From a virus (taxonomy: Duplodnaviria; Caudoviricetes), in the IMG/VR virus record IMGVR_UViG_3300048576_000441, positions 1-37,537 of that record: 37,537 nucleotides of DNA; one strand, written 5' to 3'. A model generated the notes under the pieces. It did not search any database. It worked only from the letters and a program-made list of their open reading frames with translations, and had not been told where the DNA came from. Position 1 is the first letter of the stretch. Each line of letters opens with the position of its first letter. Below, one piece after another: positions 34,415 through 37,537 of this stretch. Made by a program: the position numbers and the translations under genes.

Positions 34415-34776
34415 TCGCCATCTCCATACGGCAGCCCTGGGCCTATCTCATCACGTGCAGAGGCAAGGACATCGAAAACCGGAGCTGGGCCTTGCCCACC
34501 AAGTACATCGGCAAGACCGTGCTCATCCACGCGAGCAGCACGGAGCAGAGCGGCTGCACCATCTATCAGTGCTTGGATCTGGCGCGCGGCGGCATTGTCG
34601 GCATCATGCAGCTCGTCGGCTGCACGCGGGACTCGCTTTCCGATTGGGCCGAACCGACCATGTACCACTGGCAGATCGCCAACGCCCGGCCGCTGCCGTT
34701 CTTCCCTTGCGCCGGCCGGCTTGGCTTTTTCAACGTGGACTACCCGCAGCACATGATCGAGGCACCTTATGCCTGA
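34411..34776 (+). CDS. ASCH domain protein
   Basis: ATG 34411. Motif SIRQPWA.LI...GKDIENRSW...LIHAS and G.LGFF. Confidence 0.88.
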   Translation: MIAISIRQPWAYLITCRGKDIENRSWALPTKYIGKTVLIHASSTEQSGCTIYQCLDLARGGIVGIMQLVGCTRDSLSDWAEPTMYHWQIANARPLPFFPCAGRLGFFNVDYPQHMIEAPYA

Positions 34777-34945
34777 CAGAATCCCCGCCGAACCCCAGAG
34801 CCAGCCCGAGCCGCGCGAGTGCAACACGTGCCGCTACGAGGGCCAGCCAATCGATGAGTGGCCCTGTCGCACGTCCCTTTCTGCGGCCGGGCTCATGTGC
34901 TGGGAATCCAAGGCCAACGAGGAGGGTACTCATGAGCCGCTTTGA
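34769..34945 (+). CDS. Small Cys-rich protein (58 aa, absent from the ORF track)
   Basis: Translation: MPDRIPAEPQSQPEPRECNTCRYEGQPIDEWPCRTSLSAAGLMCWESKANEEGTHEPL. Overlaps both neighbours. Confidence 0.55.
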   Translation: MPDRIPAEPQSQPEPRECNTCRYEGQPIDEWPCRTSLSAAGLMCWESKANEEGTHEPL

Positions 34946-35360
34946 AAACATCTGGAATCCGTTCCAAGATGAGGGCTTGATTTACGTTCTACTCCCGCAC
35001 CCGACTTGCACGGCAGACGCGTACATACGTCATTTGGCTATGAAGCTGGGCCGTGCTGTGCCCACCGAAGAGCGGCCCAAGGGAAAAATCCGGTGTCTTT
35101 ATGCGGAGCCCTTCAAGTCCGGCGGCTGGGCGGATACCAAGCGTGGGGAGCGGAATCCTGATGAGGCGATGAAGGCCGCCGCCCCCTGCTACGAGGTGCC
35201 CGCATGGATGATGGGCCTTGAAGGCGCATTTAACAATGCGATGCAATCCGAACGCGACGCTTACTACAGAAGTGGTGTCCAAGCCGGCAAGAGTTTCGTC
35301 TGCGCCCTGGCCGAAGGCAGAATGTCCGTTGATGAGTTTGCGCAGAAGGAATGGAGGTGA
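34932..35360 (+). CDS. Hypothetical 142-aa protein
   Basis: GGAGG RBS; ATG 34932 (MSRFENIWNPF...). Confidence 0.65.
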   Translation: MSRFENIWNPFQDEGLIYVLLPHPTCTADAYIRHLAMKLGRAVPTEERPKGKIRCLYAEPFKSGGWADTKRGERNPDEAMKAAAPCYEVPAWMMGLEGAFNNAMQSERDAYYRSGVQAGKSFVCALAEGRMSVDEFAQKEWR

Positions 35361-35363
35361 ACC

Positions 35364-35813
35364 ATGGCCATTCCCGCCCGTAACCTCGCGCCCTACAAGG
35401 GCTCGCTCATCAAAATCATCCACGTGGCAAAGACCCAGTTGGACATGGACGACGAGACCTACCGCACCATGCTGCGCCGCCTCACCGGCCGGGATTCCTG
35501 CTCGGCCCTGGGTATGAGCCAGCTGGAGGCCGTGGTGGACCACCTGCGCGGCCTCGGTTTCGAGGAGACCACGGCGCGCAGGGCCAAGGTCAAGGCCAAT
35601 CCCAAGCCGGCCGACGATCCGCAGTCCCGCAAGATCCGCAGCCTCTGGCTGACCTTGCGCGACATGGGCGCGATCACGGACAGCAGCGAGGCCGCCCTGG
35701 CCAGCTTCGTCAAGCGGCAGACGCGCGTGGAGCGGCTGGAGTGGCTCAACACCTACCAGGCCGAACGCGTCATCGAGGGCATCAAGATGTGGATCAAGCG
35801 ACTGGGAGGATAG
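35364..35813 (+). CDS. gemA: GemA / Mu gp16 (DUF1018) regulatory protein
   Basis: Motifs IHVAKTQLDMDDETYR, KIRSLW and VIEGIKMW. Confidence 0.9.
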   Translation: MAIPARNLAPYKGSLIKIIHVAKTQLDMDDETYRTMLRRLTGRDSCSALGMSQLEAVVDHLRGLGFEETTARRAKVKANPKPADDPQSRKIRSLWLTLRDMGAITDSSEAALASFVKRQTRVERLEWLNTYQAERVIEGIKMWIKRLGG

Positions 35814-35815
35814 TT

Positions 35816-36187
35816 ATGGACGCGCCCCCACCGAAGTCGACACCGCGGCAGATTGGAGCCGCCCTTCTCCAGGATCTTGCCGACAAGATTGCTGCACAAT
35901 TGCAGTCGCGGTTTGGCGTGGACGGCCCCGCGGCCCGCGCGGCTGCCACTGCGGTCGCGGTGGGTGTGGCTGACGACTGGGGCGGCCAACTTGTCTACAT
36001 CCCCCAGGACATGGCGGGCAGACTGGCCCAGCGCAATAAGACCATCTGGCGCGAGTTCCACGGCGACAATCACGCCGAGCTGGCCTCCAAGTATGGCCTC
36101 TGCGTCCAGACGGTCTACAGTATCATCGCCGAACAGCGCGAACTTCACACTCCAAAGCAGCTCTCGCTTCCCGTCGACCGCGCGTAA
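35816..36187 (+). CDS. mor: Mor/C-family transcription activator
   Basis: ATG 35816. Motif WGGQLVYIP...RN..IWREFHGDNHAELASKYGL....VYSII. Confidence 0.9.
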   Translation: MDAPPPKSTPRQIGAALLQDLADKIAAQLQSRFGVDGPAARAAATAVAVGVADDWGGQLVYIPQDMAGRLAQRNKTIWREFHGDNHAELASKYGLCVQTVYSIIAEQRELHTPKQLSLPVDRA

Positions 36188-36227
36188 TTTTTGTTGCACA
36201 TACTGCAACGCGGTTTCACTCGCGGCC

Positions 36228-36274
36228 GTCCCACATCATCCCGACTCGTCCCGGATAGTCCCGATTATCACGAC
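36228..36274 (+). repeat. 10-bp-period RTCCC array at the prophage end (putative transposase-binding sites)
   Basis: GTCCCACATC, ATCCCGACTC, GTCCCGGATA and GTCCCGATTA start at 36228, 36238, 36248 and 36258; a degenerate ATCACGAC follows at 36267. Confidence 0.7.
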
Positions 36275-36328
36275 CGCCTGTCTCAAGTATAACGACGTGG
36301 ATCACCCGGCGTCTCCCCCGGCCCCCCA

Positions 36329-37537
36329 TCAACACGAGCACTCGTGCCGGGGGTCGAGGGGGTCGGCTTCGCCGCGCTTGTAGGGCGAGATCTTGCGCAG
36401 GGTTTCGATGAGCTGCGGCATGTGCCGCACCACGTAGTCCACGTCGTCCTCGGTGTTGTAGCGCGAGAGCGAGAAGCGGATGGAGCCGTGGGCGAAGGTG
36501 AAGGGCACGCCCATGGCCCGCAGCACGTGGGAGGGCTCCAGGGAGCCCGAGGTGCAGGCCGAGCCCGACGAGGCCGCGATGCCCAGCTGGTCGAGCAGGA
36601 GCAGGATGGCCTCGCCCTCGACGTACTTGAAGCTGATGTTGGCGGTGTTGGGCAGGCGCTGGGTCTTGTGGCCGTTGAGCCGGCTGTCCGGGACGGCGGC
36701 CAGGAGGCTGTCCTCCAGGCGGTCGCGCAGGCCGCGCACGAAGGTGTTCTCGTGGTCGAGGTTCTGCATGGCCAAGCGGGCGGCCGCGCCCAGGGCGATG
36801 ATGCCGGTGGTGTTCTCGGTGCCGGCGCGGCGGCCGCGCTCCTGGTGGCCGCCGATGAGGAACGGCCGGTAGGGCAGCTTGCGCCGCAGGAAGAGCGCGC
36901 CCACGCCCTTGGGGGCGTGGAGCTTGTGGCCGGAGAGCGAGAGCATGTCCACGTCGAGGGTCTTCAGGTCGATGGGCACCTTGCCCACGGCCTGCACCGC
37001 GTCGGTGTGCATGAAGATGCCGCGGCTCTTCACGAGGTGGGCGATCTCCGGAATGGGGTTGATCACGCCAGTCTCGTTGTTGGCCCACATGATCGACACG
37101 ATGGCCGTGTCGTCGGTGAGGGCGTCGGCCAGTTCCCGCATGTCCAGGCGGCCCTCGGAATCGACGCCGAGGTAGGTCACGCGGTAGCCCTGGCTGCGCT
37201 CCAGGAACTTGCACAGGGAAAGCACGGCCGGGTGCTCCACGCGCGTGGTCACGATGTGGCGCTTGTCCGGCTGGGCGGTCAGGGCCGAGCGGATGGCGGT
37301 GTTGTCGGACTCCGACCCGCAGGAGGTGAAGACGATCTCGTCGGGCTCCGCGCCGAGCAGTTCGGCCATGGATTCGCGGGCCTCGCGGATCTCCTTGCCC
37401 ACGGCGCCGCCGAAGCTGTGCATGGAGGACGGGTTGCCGTAGCGCTCGGAAAAGAACGGCAGCATGGCCTGAAGCACTTCCGGGGCCACGCGGGTGGTGG
37501 CGTTGTTGTCCATGTAGACGACGCGCTGTTCAGCCAT
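36329..37537 (-). CDS. nifS: Cysteine desulfurase NifS/IscS (host gene)
   Basis: Motifs YMDNNATT, HTDAVQ, PLP lysine SLSGHK and catalytic SSGSACTS. Confidence 0.95.
   Translation of the reverse strand: MAEQRVVYMDNNATTRVAPEVLQAMLPFFSERYGNPSSMHSFGGAVGKEIREARESMAELLGAEPDEIVFTSCGSESDNTAIRSALTAQPDKRHIVTTRVEHPAVLSLCKFLERSQGYRVTYLGVDSEGRLDMRELADALTDDTAIVSIMWANNETGVINPIPEIAHLVKSRGIFMHTDAVQAVGKVPIDLKTLDVDMLSLSGHKLHAPKGVGALFLRRKLPYRPFLIGGHQERGRRAGTENTTGIIALGAAARLAMQNLDHENTFVRGLRDRLEDSLLAAVPDSRLNGHKTQRLPNTANISFKYVEGEAILLLLDQLGIAASSGSACTSGSLEPSHVLRAMGVPFTFAHGSIRFSLSRYNTEDDVDYVVRHMPQLIETLRKISPYKRGEADPLDPRHECSC

Larger units (their letters stand above)
1..36304. mobile_element. Transposable (Mu-related, BcepMu/B3-type organisation) myovirus prophage; left end outside the window, right end approximately 36285-36304
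   Basis: Contiguous phage genes: DDE transposase with AAA ATPase, GemA, Mor, Mu gp25/26/27-like genes, lysis, head and contractile tail. A periodic repeat array follows mor, then a host housekeeping gene. The exact terminal CA is not established. Confidence 0.93.

Noticed and set aside
36228-36274. Short repeat array as a CRISPR or VNTR
   Set aside because: Only a 5-bp core at 10-bp period, with no spacers and no cas genes.
36329-37537. Cysteine desulfurase as a phage-borne DndA-like (phosphorothioation) or auxiliary metabolic gene
   Set aside because: It lies beyond the end-repeat array, is convergent to the phage genes, has strongly biased host-like codon usage, and no dnd/ssp genes are present.

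Overview
About 36.3 kb of this GC-rich window (1 to ~36300) is a temperate transposable (Mu-related) prophage, cut off on the left within its tail-fibre genes. It is inserted just downstream of a host cysteine desulfurase gene (nifS/iscS, 36329-37537, minus strand); a Desulfovibrionales-like host is my inference only. The layout is the inverted BcepMu/B3 type. A central repressor (25296-25625) drives a small lysogeny operon (Zn-ribbon/OB membrane protein and a secreted PLD/Nuc nuclease). A rightward early operon encodes a Ner-like protein, DDE transposase, ExeA-like AAA ATPase, DUF3164, HU, DUF2786, ASCH, GemA and Mor, and runs into the prophage end. A leftward late region encodes lysis, packaging, head and contractile tail genes. 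Main points of interest: (1) The Mu-type control, transposition and lysis genes are joined to a non-Mu head/tail module (DUF1073-type portal, DUF2213 protease, DUF2184 capsid, DUF3383 sheath), with the apparent junction in the small terminase C-terminus, yet this module carries a copy of the same late-promoter dyad found before the lysis genes. (2) The MuF head protein has a C-terminal toxin-like domain followed by a coupled small immunity-like gene. (3) A structurally complete type II hammerhead ribozyme lies at 33010-33073 in the early operon. (4) Several hidden coding signals are present: a -1 frameshift in the tail chaperone, an embedded Rz1 lipoprotein, internal in-frame starts and two ORFs shorter than 60 aa. 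Family names come from motif recognition and gene order, not from database searches.
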